Below are positions 17,174 to 26,913 of a stretch of 27,955 bases of DNA, in pieces; position 1 is the first letter of the stretch; each line of letters starts with the position of its first letter. The DNA comes from a virus. Taxonomy: Duplodnaviria; Caudoviricetes. Where the stretch lies: positions 1 through 27,955 of the IMG/VR virus record IMGVR_UViG_3300034096_000658. The stretch is one strand, 5' to 3'. The translations under genes were made by a program, and so were the position numbers. Below the pieces are notes generated by a model. The model was not told where the DNA came from. It saw nothing but the letters and a program-made list of their open reading frames with translations, and did not search any database.

Positions 17174-18033
17174 CAGTCGTTTTCCATTTCAGAGAAGTAC
17201 TTCAGAGGATCCTTTTCCTCTACATCTTCTGATGCAATTGGGTTTGAATCCACATCATCTTCAATACTCTTAGCTGATGCAAACTGTGCACGAATGTCAT
17301 CACCCGTGATCTTATTAAAACGATCCTTGAGTTCTTGATGGCTCTTAAACTGACTCTTGTCAGTAAACTCCTTAAGAGGATACTGTGTCTTCCAAAGTTC
17401 TTCTAACTTCTTATCATCTCCACCAAGAAGAGGTGCAGGAGATGAAAACTCAGAACGATCATAGTTTACATAACCACCTACGTTGCGAATCTTGATCTTA
17501 AAGTCAGCACCAGTCCAAAAGTTAAAGGGATCTACTGCCTTCTCGTCTTGGTATTCTGGATGAGCAAGTCCCTGAATCTTTTGGAAGATCTTGGTACCGT
17601 ACTGATAAAGGAAAACCTTTCCCTTATTCTCTGGGTTTGCAGGATCTTCAAGAACAAGAATGTTGGAGATGTAAGTCAACTTACGCTTACGGTTTCTTGC
17701 AATATTTTTGTCATCTTCGATACCACTGTTCCACAGTTCTGTGTTTGCTTCACATATAGGGCACTTCTCTCCAAGAGTCGTTGGGCAGTTCTCAAATAGC
17801 CAGCCACCCTTTCCCTTGAATGCGTGACTATAGATAGAAACAAACGGACTATCTTCTCCTGCAATCTCTGGAAGGAATCGAATTACTGCATAACCGTTTC
17901 CCGACTTATCAATACCGGGCTTCCAAATACGTTCATCTTTGTAACTCTCCTTTGAGGTGAGCTTATCCATACGCTCGGTTAGGGATGCGACTGAGTTCTT
18001 ACTCTTCTTCTTGAAATCTGAAAAATTTGCCAT
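17173..18033 (-). CDS. gp32: Single-stranded DNA-binding protein
   Basis: DERIWKP, GNGYAVIRFLP, Zn site H...ENCPTTLGEKCPICE, NEGK-like NKGKVFLY, GADFKIKIR, NYDRSEF, acidic tail. Confidence 0.98.
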   Translation of the reverse strand: MANFSDFKKKSKNSVASLTERMDKLTSKESYKDERIWKPGIDKSGNGYAVIRFLPEIAGEDSPFVSIYSHAFKGKGGWLFENCPTTLGEKCPICEANTELWNSGIEDDKNIARNRKRKLTYISNILVLEDPANPENKGKVFLYQYGTKIFQKIQGLAHPEYQDEKAVDPFNFWTGADFKIKIRNVGGYVNYDRSEFSSPAPLLGGDDKKLEELWKTQYPLKEFTDKSQFKSHQELKDRFNKITGDDIRAQFASAKSIEDDVDSNPIASEDVEEKDPLKYFSEMEND

Positions 18034-18079
18034 ATGTAACTTTCTTTCCCCAGGGATCTACCCTGGCCTTTGTCTTTTA

Positions 18080-18107
18080 ATTATATCATCAATACACGGT
18101 CAGTCAA
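18080..18107 (-). promoter_or_regulatory. sigma70-type promoter for gp32 (TTGACT-N16-TATAAT, extended TGn -10)
   Basis: Minus strand TTGACTgaccgtgtattgatgaTATAAT. Confidence 0.75.
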
Positions 18108-18333
18108 CTGGTAGTTTCTTTGTTTTACAGTTTTTTAATAAATGTTTTTCTTTGGCTTCAATTTGAATTTTTTCTACAATTGGTCTACTGACCAATTTTC
18201 CAGCAGTTCCGGGATCTATACCCATTTCTTCTGCTAATTCTATAATTGCATCCATAAAACTTAGTTTTGTTAGAGTTACTCTCTCTAAAACTTGGTTTGA
18301 AAATTTTTCTTTGGCGGTCTCATCTATATACAT
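18100..18333 (-). CDS. gp33: Late transcription coactivator
   Basis: EKFSNQVLERV...SFMDAII...IDP...KLVSRPIVEKIQIEA...LLK...KLP. Confidence 0.9.
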   Translation of the reverse strand: MYIDETAKEKFSNQVLERVTLTKLSFMDAIIELAEEMGIDPGTAGKLVSRPIVEKIQIEAKEKHLLKNCKTKKLPVD

Positions 18334-18339
18334 GACTAC

Positions 18340-18367
18340 AGTATATATCGTAAATCAAAATAATCAA
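18340..18367 (-). promoter_or_regulatory. sigma70-type promoter for gp33 (TTGATT-N16-TATACT), 6 nt from ATG
   Basis: Minus strand TTGATTattttgatttacgataTATACTgtagtcATG. Confidence 0.6.
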
Positions 18368-18379
18368 TAATTAAATACA

Positions 18380-18387
18380 TCTAAATA
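18380..18387 (+). promoter_or_regulatory. Late promoter variant TCTAAATA
   Basis: In the divergent gap upstream of the 313-aa ORF; followed by TT like most of the other late promoters here. Confidence 0.5.
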
Positions 18388-18413
18388 TTGATGACTCATT
18401 CTAGGTAAAAACT

Positions 18414-19355
18414 ATGGGAAGCACAACAGACACAATTCCAATTCAAACATCTGGTATTACCGCAAATATTGCTACTGATTATATCGGTACAGGTGGAATT
18501 ACTGGACATTACCAATTAATCAAACTTGCATATGGCGTTGCTGATTCTGCAACCATAGTTAGTAGCTCGAATCCCTTCCCCGTAACCATTGCGGCTGGTA
18601 TGACTGCTACAATTTCTGGATTTACCGGAACCATTCAGGTTCAGGGTGTTGGTGGTGGTACTCCGGTACCAGTATCTGGAACTGTTGTAGTTACCGGTAT
18701 CACTACTTCACAACTGTATGTTACTACTACAAGTGGTTCTAGAGTTGAAATCACTGGTGGTATTCCGCTTACTAAAATTCGAGATGCAGTCTCAGTATTT
18801 GGTCCCAATGGTATAACTTATGTTTATACTCACCTAGTTGACGCTGCAGGAAACTCATTAAGTTATACTAACGGTGCCTTGAATGTTAATATTCAAGGAG
18901 TTACTATCAGTACAACCATTCAATCTACTGTTGGTGTATTTGGAATATCTGGAGCCACTGCTGTAGGTGTAAATGTTGGTAACACTGTTGGTATTAACGA
19001 CACTGCTATTCTTTCTGGTATCACTGCTATGTATGGTCAGATTGTTGGACTACGTAGTGATCTGGGTGGCTTTGCCGTTATTCGTCCTACCGGTGGCACA
19101 GCATATAGAATTTCTAGTACTTCGACATCAACAGTTTTATCAGGCTTTACTTGTAAGTCTGGAGTCAATCTTAAAGCCGCATCAAGTAATACAGACATAA
19201 TCTATATTGCAGATAGTTCCAGTGCAGGATCAACAACTAATACAGGATATGAATTAGATCCGGGTGAGTCGCTCTTTATTGATATTATCAATATGAATTT
19301 GATTGCACATAGAGCAAAATCTTCATCCCAAGTTCTAAGTTATATCGCCACATAA
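18414..19355 (+). CDS. Gly/Thr-rich probable virion structural protein
   Basis: 313 aa, beta-rich composition, C-terminal GVNLKA...NTDIIYI...GYELDPGESLFI module; late-promoter-like motif upstream. Confidence 0.7.
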   Translation: MGSTTDTIPIQTSGITANIATDYIGTGGITGHYQLIKLAYGVADSATIVSSSNPFPVTIAAGMTATISGFTGTIQVQGVGGGTPVPVSGTVVVTGITTSQLYVTTTSGSRVEITGGIPLTKIRDAVSVFGPNGITYVYTHLVDAAGNSLSYTNGALNVNIQGVTISTTIQSTVGVFGISGATAVGVNVGNTVGINDTAILSGITAMYGQIVGLRSDLGGFAVIRPTGGTAYRISSTSTSTVLSGFTCKSGVNLKAASSNTDIIYIADSSSAGSTTNTGYELDPGESLFIDIINMNLIAHRAKSSSQVLSYIAT

Positions 19356-19356
19356 A

Positions 19357-20670
19357 ATGTTAAAAGACGCTTTAACAACAGTTAAGACATCATCTTCCTA
19401 TACAGCACAATTTATAGGAAATACTGCAGATCCATGCTTTACTAAAGGTAAATTAAATGGATCTGCAAATGTTTTTGTAACTGGTAACTCTTTCTTCTTT
19501 GATTATTCTGAATTAAAGAATGGAACAGATTTAAAATTTTTAAATAAGTTTTTTAATGGTCGTACTGGTGGAGATACGTTTAATTTTTCAAGTGGTACAT
19601 ACTATGAACCTACTACCGGTTCTCAAATTACTTGGAATGGTACATTTACGCTTCAAGGTAAAACAGGAACATATAACCAATATATTTTATGTTCTGGGGT
19701 TACTGGTACTGCAGCACTAACTGCTGGATATTATGTAAATAAGAACTTTACAAGTCCCATACAGTTTACAGCAACTACTGGGAATACAGCAAATATTCTT
19801 ATATCAAAGACTCCAAGAAATACACCATTAAATTTAGATTATTTGGGTATATACGGATCTGACTATGGTTTAGAAGAGTATGTTGAAGTATTAGAAAGTG
19901 TATCTAACACTGGTCGTTTAACACTTAAAAACTTTGTTAAATTGAATGACGAAACAGAAGTTGTTTACGTAACAAATTCTCTAACAAATGAGAATTTATT
20001 CTTTAAGAAATCTACAATTAATATATTGAATCGTGGTATTCCTTCACTAGAAGTATTATCATCAACTCAGATTCAAAATGGTGTTACAAAGATAGCCGAT
20101 GCTACAACAGAAAATACTATTTTACTTTTAGAAAATCAAAATACATATCAGTATGATCTAAAACAAAAAAATAATCCAACACAACACTGCTACTATTATC
20201 CAAATTCTACATTAAAATCAATAACATCAAATAGTGAAAATATTTCAGAATATAAAAATTTATCATTCTTTTATTCTACAATTTATATTTTAACTACACA
20301 AACTGTTTATAATTTGGTTTATAATTCCGAAGGATTTAATATTTCGGAATTTGTAGGATTTAATAATTCTGAAGATAGAATTTATATTAATGGAAATGAA
20401 ACTGATATTTTATCAATAACAAAAGCATCAGTAATTTTACCTATGAAATTTGATTTATCAGATGCCTCAAATAGAGGTTCTGTTATAGAACTATTTACAG
20501 ATTTTCAATGCACACAAACGCTTATCTCTGATTATTATTTAACAGGATCACCAGGATATGAAGGTGCTGCTTTTATATATTTTGCTAACAGACCATCATC
20601 TGTATCAAATATTTATATGAGATGTATTAAAAATACAACAAATATTATTCAAATTTCAATATCAGCCTGA
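19357..20670 (+). CDS. Hypothetical protein, possibly virion-associated
   Basis: 437 aa ORF 1 nt after the previous stop; Thr/Asn/Ser-rich; no family recognised. Confidence 0.7.
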   Translation: MLKDALTTVKTSSSYTAQFIGNTADPCFTKGKLNGSANVFVTGNSFFFDYSELKNGTDLKFLNKFFNGRTGGDTFNFSSGTYYEPTTGSQITWNGTFTLQGKTGTYNQYILCSGVTGTAALTAGYYVNKNFTSPIQFTATTGNTANILISKTPRNTPLNLDYLGIYGSDYGLEEYVEVLESVSNTGRLTLKNFVKLNDETEVVYVTNSLTNENLFFKKSTINILNRGIPSLEVLSSTQIQNGVTKIADATTENTILLLENQNTYQYDLKQKNNPTQHCYYYPNSTLKSITSNSENISEYKNLSFFYSTIYILTTQTVYNLVYNSEGFNISEFVGFNNSEDRIYINGNETDILSITKASVILPMKFDLSDASNRGSVIELFTDFQCTQTLISDYYLTGSPGYEGAAFIYFANRPSSVSNIYMRCIKNTTNIIQISISA

Positions 20671-20939
20671 ACAGATTCATCTTTAAATGGTTCTGTTCTC
20701 CATTTATTATAATATTGTATAAATTCAGGTTGTACATCAGCAGTAAATAAATATGCTTTTTCTGGAAGAAAAAATCCATCTTGTACATTAGTATATGGTA
20801 ACCACGTACCCAAAATCAGTTTACCTTGTTCTACAGACATAATTATTGCAGCATCTTTAATAAAGATACCTTTTCTTTTTTCAACACAATCGGCAACAAT
20901 TTCTTCATTATATGAAATTTTAATAAATTTTATTGGCAT
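20649..20939 (-). CDS. Phage Sm-like fold protein
   Basis: IKFIKISYNEEIVAD...IKDAAII...WLPYT...FIQYY pattern typical of small Sm-like proteins of T4-like phages. Confidence 0.6.
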   Translation of the reverse strand: MPIKFIKISYNEEIVADCVEKRKGIFIKDAAIIMSVEQGKLILGTWLPYTNVQDGFFLPEKAYLFTADVQPEFIQYYNKWRTEPFKDESVQADIEI

Positions 20940-20942
20940 ATA

Positions 20943-21347
20943 TTATACTTTCTTTTTATTTGCACATCCACATGGTTTTTTAATAGTATTAGAAGATTTA
21001 CTACTATCATCACTTAAATCTAAAATGTTATTGTTTGATACATTGATCAGTGGTTGAAATTTTAAAACAATATATGGTATAGAGATATATTGGTTAAATT
21101 TTTTTCTTCTGGCTTCACATCCACAGTTACCTTTAGTTATTTTTATAATAAGATATTTGATGCCTGTGAACTTTGTCACAAAATCAATAACATCTCCCAA
21201 TCCAATTGTTTTTATTAAAAGAATAATTGTTTTTTTGTATATTGTATTATTGCTTTGATTTGATTTCCAGTTAGCAGGAACATTATATGTTCCACCGTTT
21301 CCATCAGATGTTGAACTTGTATTAAATGTGAATCTACCTGTAAACAT
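20943..21347 (-). CDS. Small basic CGC-motif hypothetical protein
   Basis: GLGDVIDFVTKFTGIK...GNCGCEARRKKFN and terminal KKPCGCANKKK; GAGGAG RBS upstream. Confidence 0.7.
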   Translation of the reverse strand: MFTGRFTFNTSSTSDGNGGTYNVPANWKSNQSNNTIYKKTIILLIKTIGLGDVIDFVTKFTGIKYLIIKITKGNCGCEARRKKFNQYISIPYIVLKFQPLINVSNNNILDLSDDSSKSSNTIKKPCGCANKKKV

Positions 21348-21372
21348 ATATCACTAATCTCCTCTAATATAG

Positions 21373-24300
21373 TTATGGCTCTGTTACAATAGCCTGACAA
21401 GTAATATCTCCAGATTGTACTACGGGAGTTTGTTGATTAGGATTAGGACCAGTTTGTGGAGAAACTATAACTTGATATGAACTAAGAGGTGGAGGATTTG
21501 GATTAATAAATCCTGAAAAACTTACTCTATCAAACGTTACACCATTAAACGAATTTGGTCTAAAGGCATTTATTAAATGCCATTTTTTAAGATCTCCACC
21601 CAATGGAGGAGCATAGTTATAAGTATTTCCAACATCAAAAACTAATAATTTTATATTTAATTGATCGTCTGTACACCCTGAGCTGTAACACGGTAATGTT
21701 GCACCTAACCAAGGATTATCTGTGACACCAACATAACTGCTAGCAAGTTTATAAGGCGAACCTACTGGTACATTACGTTGATATGATACTATCCCATCAT
21801 CTGCAGTACCATCTGTTTGCCAACCTAATGGTGTATCTTGACCATCTGGTGATACATACCAAATCCAACCACCAGGACCTAATATTGATGCTCCTGGATC
21901 TGCCAAAATACATCCAACTGTTCCATTACCATCACATGGTTTACCTGTTTGACTTTGGTTTCTTAATGCAAAGAAATAGGAATCTTGTAACTTATCTAAT
22001 CTAGCTTCACCCAAATAAACATAAGGGTACTGTAAAACACTATCATATGGAAATATTTTTAAAGCATTTGATGGTTTATTATATTCGTGTCGATATGGAT
22101 CTTTGGTAAAAAATGTTTTATAAGTTGATGAAGCTTCATCATATCCAAAGTATGTTAATTTTTGTACATAATTAAAATATGAAATATTTGTAATATGTGT
22201 TTTACAACATCCATTTTTTCTTGAAAATTGTTTATACGATTGTATAAAATAATCTTTATTAGAATTAAATCCTACTTTTCCTACTGATGTAGCACATATG
22301 TCAGAGAAAGAAGGTCCATCTGGACAACAATTTCTTATACAAGTACCACCCTCACAATTTGATTCACATACTAAAGCACATCCACTATCTTGTGGAGCCC
22401 AACCTCTTGCAGCTTCTAATAGCGGCATTCCAGTAGACTGCCAACAAATATCTGCTTTTTCTGGACATCCAGCACTAATGCTACTATTACCATCACTCAA
22501 TCCACTTGCTTGATTACCAAAGTCCAAATATTGTGTACATTGTGTAATATCATCTACTTCAACACTATGATTTGGTACATACGATTGGTATCTTCGAATA
22601 AAAGAATTCATCCACCAATATTGAGGATTTCCACTATATTGCCAAGATATATCTTCTGTTCCTTCAAAATTATATCCTAAAATACTGCAAGGATCGGGTT
22701 GAGCAACTGGATCTCCAGAATTAGTTATTCTTTGGTCACAAAATCCACCATAAATCCATTTTGAAAAATCCCAATTTCCAGGAACTGCTCTAAAAAAAGC
22801 TTGGCGTTGAAAGTATTTTGGAATATTACTGGTACCCGCACCGAATTGGGCTGTTACAGCTTCAGGATCAACAAAATCTCGATAATTCCAAGTAGGAGAT
22901 ACAACATCACCGTATTTTAAAGCAATAGCATGCCCATATCCAAATGATATATCACTGTAACCAAATTCACTTATATCATCAGGATCTGGAGTAGACAAAC
23001 CATAATAGTTTTCATTTTTTCTTGTCCATATAAACGTTTTATTTACACGAAAGAATTCTGTTCCAAATAGTTGAGAATCATTTCTAGTTTTATATAAAAC
23101 AGCAAATCCATTTGATCCTGCTGTAATTTTTATTATATCTCCATCAAAAGTTTGAGACCAAGATCCAGTTGCACCGGGTAAATCTGTTGTTTTGTATGTA
23201 GGAAGCATTTCAGTTCTTCCCCATACATATACAGTAGAATTAGAAGCAACCATACTATAGTCTGGTCCACCATCAACAAATATTAATTTATCTGTAGGAC
23301 TATGTTGAGAAAGTAAATCAAAAGATTCTGCAAGTAAAGATTCATCCTGAGAACTACTAGGGATATCTGTTTTATAGGTTACAGTCCACTGATCTGCTAA
23401 ATTTTTTACAGAATCTGGAAGAAAGGTTGGTATTGTAGTTCCAATTTTTTCACCTAAAGGATTAATATAATAATATGCACCCCAAACTCTTACTTGATTA
23501 TCAGATTGTATTGCAATTGCATGATAATTACCAGATCCAATTTGGGTATAATATGGTCTACTATAACCTGCAGTAAGACCATTAATAGTATTACCAGAAT
23601 CGTCAATAGGAACACGTTGTATTAATCCTGTACGCGCATCCTTTAAATCATCAGGTGTAGATGAACTATATCTACAAGTTTCATTTATATTTCCATATGT
23701 TATGCCATTGTATCTACCATAAAATAGTCCGCTACTATTTATTTGTAATGTAACATTATATTCGCCTTCAGATACGTAGCCTGGTTTAGCGTCATATCTA
23801 TTAATAATATTATTTGTTCCAGGAAGATTTTCATTATTTTGACCATACTGAAATATATTATCAGTATTATCACCGGTTACTGCTAATTCACCCATAGAAG
23901 ATATTGCAACGGTATGTTTACTTCCATTAGCAACATCAGACCAAACCATTTCTCTATTGTCAGCATAATCACCATATCCACCTGGATTTGAAAAACTAGA
24001 ACGAACAAACGTTCCGTAATCGCATGCTTTATTACCCCAAGAACGTAATCTATATTGAGGGAGTTTTGCATCATAATTATAAACTGGATAATTTTCTCCA
24101 GGTATTCTTGGAATAACACCATCAGCTAGATCACAGAAAGAATCTTGACTAGGTGATGATGTACAAGATGTTGATGTTTGATTAAAATCAAAAAACTCAG
24201 GATATTCAACTAATGCAACTTCAAAGGTACTACTTTTACCACCAAGTTTTACTAAAATACCTAAAGTAGGATCTGCACCAGCAGCTTGATTATCTTGATC

Positions 24301-26907
24301 TGCAACCAAATCTCTTGGTAAACAATTTGCAAGATTTTGCTCACCATATCCAGATGCAACTAATTTTCCTTGATATGTGTGCCAAAAATTAGTATTTAAT
24401 CCTGCAGTAACTTTACTAATTCCTTTTGGAAACCATGGATTAGTTAAACTGACTACAGTGAGTATAGATGGAACTGTAATTTGATCATAAACATTATTTC
24501 TACATGAATCACCAGTACACCCCCATGCTACTGCTATACCGGATTCAATATAAGATGGTAAAACTGCACGTCTAGGAAAAGGAAATGTTTGTAAATCTTG
24601 GAACTTACTTACCGTTGTGTCTGACAATAATTTTTGTTTAATTATTTTTGGAGTTACACTTCCAGTTACTGGTTCAACATCTAAAAATTCAACTAAATTT
24701 TTATAACCGGCTGTACCACCAACAATTGAAGAAATATATGGATTTAATACAATATCATTATTTACATCATATTCTGCAGATTGAATAATTTGTGTTGTTT
24801 CTGTTGCAATATCTATTGCATGATCCTTTACACGTAAAATTCCTGCTCGTACCATTTCTTCTAATGCAGCACTAACATATGCATAATCTGATATTAAAGT
24901 AGTTCCATCAATATCAATAGGTGTTGGTGTTGGGGCTCTATTACCTTTTTCTATTAAACTATAAAAATAGTTATAATAACCCTTTAAAAATCTTTCAGGA
25001 TTAAATAATTCACCTGCTATTAAAAGATTGTTATTTAAAGAATAAAGTTTAAATGTATAAAGATCAAAATGAAATATTGGAATCTGTGAACCAACATACA
25101 TTACTCTTCGGGGACTAGTTCTTATTAACGAGTAACGTATAGCTTCTTGTCCATGAAAATTCATATCATTTCCACTTATATTACCACTATATGGTATTTC
25201 AAATGGTGATGATAATACATTACCATGATTTAAATTAGCTGCTAGATTAGGATGCTTAACACCATCACCAGATCTATGTGCCCATGCTTCAAAATGATGT
25301 TCTAATGTTACATATCCTATTAGCTGATCTTTTAATCTGGTTTTATTTACTGTAACTTCTTTGTAGCGTATATCGTATTCAATTGGCATATCATTAGATG
25401 ATATTTTTTGAAAACGTGTAGGGTCATACGATGGTCCAAAATCTCTATTTGGATCATCAGATCTACCAAAAGTCCAAATATCAAATCCGGATTTTAGTTT
25501 ACCATTATTTTTATCTTCTTGTAAAGCAAGTCTCATTAAATATGGAGAAATTCCATATGCAAAACATAATTTTCTATATCTTGGATTATAAATCTCGGCA
25601 GGAATATTTGCTGGTATAGATGGATTACTTGAAGGGGAAAATGAACAATGTTCTCCAGCCATACCACCTTGTGTCCAAAGTCTAAATTTTCCAGAATGAA
25701 AAGGATATGTTATATTATTTCTTGCAATTGCTGAATTCCGAGCAAAGACACCTGCAACTGTATCCATACCAGGACTACCACACCAACAACATCCTATTTC
25801 GGATTTTTTCATTGGTGATTGAAATGGATTCATAAATGGCAGATAGCCATATTGATATTCTTTTTTAGAAATATTTTCTTTTTTAAATACTGTATCTTGA
25901 ATACCACCCTTAATGTGTGCAAAACGCCTACATTCACACGGTGTTGAGGGCCAGGTACCAGATAATGGTGGTGATCCACCAATACACGGAGAATCCAGTG
26001 CATTTGGATTAAGTATTCCTGCATTATTAGTGGTTACATTAAAAGCAGGAGAACATGATCTATCTACAGATCCAAATAAACTACTATGATGATATGCTTG
26101 ACACTGAGGTATCATAGGTTCGCCACCAAAAGCATATTCTGGAGGATACCAAATAAAATAGCATGCAGTGTGTCGATACATTATATCAAAATCATCACCA
26201 CCAGGTGCACCATTACCAAATAAACATTGTTTACATGCGTCAGGTGGAGCATTTTGATTACATCCACCACCACCACCAGGACCATCGGGACCACCGGGAC
26301 CACCACCCGGATCAGTATCAACCCCACCACCTGGAGTAATGACTCCTGGATCACCCGTACTTAGTTGACCACAACAAGAATTACAAAATGATGAACATGC
26401 GGCTGCAATTGCCGGATCACGTCCACACAATCCAGTTCCACTTATAGGTGGACCATATAGTCCAGAACATTTTGGACAAACAAGACGAATTAAAGCAGCT
26501 CTATCTATACCACCAAAGGGAGCTGGTCCAGTATTATCTCCCGGTCCAATACTATAACCTGCATCTTGGATTGCGGCATAACATCCTTCACCAAATATTT
26601 CATTTGGAGAACGTTGAGAACTCCCAAGTCCACCCCCACCTCCACCAAGACCTGTTGCAATATTTGTACCACCACCATAATCAGGATTACATATGTTTGG
26701 ACATACGTTTGCACAAGTTTCACATTTTGATTTTGCATCATCTATACAATTATTTGAAAATGATTCTTGGCAAGGATTATTATCATTTTGAAATAAACAA
26801 TCACAACATTCTTGTGGATAATATTTATTACACGGAGAATATGGTTGATCAATAGTTTCACTTTTTAAAAATGAAAGATATTTACTAACTGTTTTTCTAT
26901 TTAACAT
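21373..26907 (-). CDS. Giant Cys-rich protein with interrupted RCC1/BLIP-II-like beta-propeller repeats
   Basis: 1844 aa; repeats WSDVANGSKHTVAISSMGELAVTGDN, YTQIGSGNYHAIAIQSDNQVRVWG, VDGGPDYSMVASNSTVYVWG, IIKITAGSNGFAVL, YSDISFGYGHAIAL, ISKVTAGLNTNF. Confidence 0.8.
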   Translation of the reverse strand: MLNRKTVSKYLSFLKSETIDQPYSPCNKYYPQECCDCLFQNDNNPCQESFSNNCIDDAKSKCETCANVCPNICNPDYGGGTNIATGLGGGGGGLGSSQRSPNEIFGEGCYAAIQDAGYSIGPGDNTGPAPFGGIDRAALIRLVCPKCSGLYGPPISGTGLCGRDPAIAAACSSFCNSCCGQLSTGDPGVITPGGGVDTDPGGGPGGPDGPGGGGGCNQNAPPDACKQCLFGNGAPGGDDFDIMYRHTACYFIWYPPEYAFGGEPMIPQCQAYHHSSLFGSVDRSCSPAFNVTTNNAGILNPNALDSPCIGGSPPLSGTWPSTPCECRRFAHIKGGIQDTVFKKENISKKEYQYGYLPFMNPFQSPMKKSEIGCCWCGSPGMDTVAGVFARNSAIARNNITYPFHSGKFRLWTQGGMAGEHCSFSPSSNPSIPANIPAEIYNPRYRKLCFAYGISPYLMRLALQEDKNNGKLKSGFDIWTFGRSDDPNRDFGPSYDPTRFQKISSNDMPIEYDIRYKEVTVNKTRLKDQLIGYVTLEHHFEAWAHRSGDGVKHPNLAANLNHGNVLSSPFEIPYSGNISGNDMNFHGQEAIRYSLIRTSPRRVMYVGSQIPIFHFDLYTFKLYSLNNNLLIAGELFNPERFLKGYYNYFYSLIEKGNRAPTPTPIDIDGTTLISDYAYVSAALEEMVRAGILRVKDHAIDIATETTQIIQSAEYDVNNDIVLNPYISSIVGGTAGYKNLVEFLDVEPVTGSVTPKIIKQKLLSDTTVSKFQDLQTFPFPRRAVLPSYIESGIAVAWGCTGDSCRNNVYDQITVPSILTVVSLTNPWFPKGISKVTAGLNTNFWHTYQGKLVASGYGEQNLANCLPRDLVADQDNQAAGADPTLGILVKLGGKSSTFEVALVEYPEFFDFNQTSTSCTSSPSQDSFCDLADGVIPRIPGENYPVYNYDAKLPQYRLRSWGNKACDYGTFVRSSFSNPGGYGDYADNREMVWSDVANGSKHTVAISSMGELAVTGDNTDNIFQYGQNNENLPGTNNIINRYDAKPGYVSEGEYNVTLQINSSGLFYGRYNGITYGNINETCRYSSSTPDDLKDARTGLIQRVPIDDSGNTINGLTAGYSRPYYTQIGSGNYHAIAIQSDNQVRVWGAYYYINPLGEKIGTTIPTFLPDSVKNLADQWTVTYKTDIPSSSQDESLLAESFDLLSQHSPTDKLIFVDGGPDYSMVASNSTVYVWGRTEMLPTYKTTDLPGATGSWSQTFDGDIIKITAGSNGFAVLYKTRNDSQLFGTEFFRVNKTFIWTRKNENYYGLSTPDPDDISEFGYSDISFGYGHAIALKYGDVVSPTWNYRDFVDPEAVTAQFGAGTSNIPKYFQRQAFFRAVPGNWDFSKWIYGGFCDQRITNSGDPVAQPDPCSILGYNFEGTEDISWQYSGNPQYWWMNSFIRRYQSYVPNHSVEVDDITQCTQYLDFGNQASGLSDGNSSISAGCPEKADICWQSTGMPLLEAARGWAPQDSGCALVCESNCEGGTCIRNCCPDGPSFSDICATSVGKVGFNSNKDYFIQSYKQFSRKNGCCKTHITNISYFNYVQKLTYFGYDEASSTYKTFFTKDPYRHEYNKPSNALKIFPYDSVLQYPYVYLGEARLDKLQDSYFFALRNQSQTGKPCDGNGTVGCILADPGASILGPGGWIWYVSPDGQDTPLGWQTDGTADDGIVSYQRNVPVGSPYKLASSYVGVTDNPWLGATLPCYSSGCTDDQLNIKLLVFDVGNTYNYAPPLGGDLKKWHLINAFRPNSFNGVTFDRVSFSGFINPNPPPLSSYQVIVSPQTGPNPNQQTPVVQSGDITCQAIVTEP

Positions 26908-26913
26908 ATAAAA

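Noticed and set aside
20649-20670. 22-nt overlap of convergent gene ends with no terminator hairpin
   Set aside because: Common in compact phage genomes; nothing points to antisense regulation.
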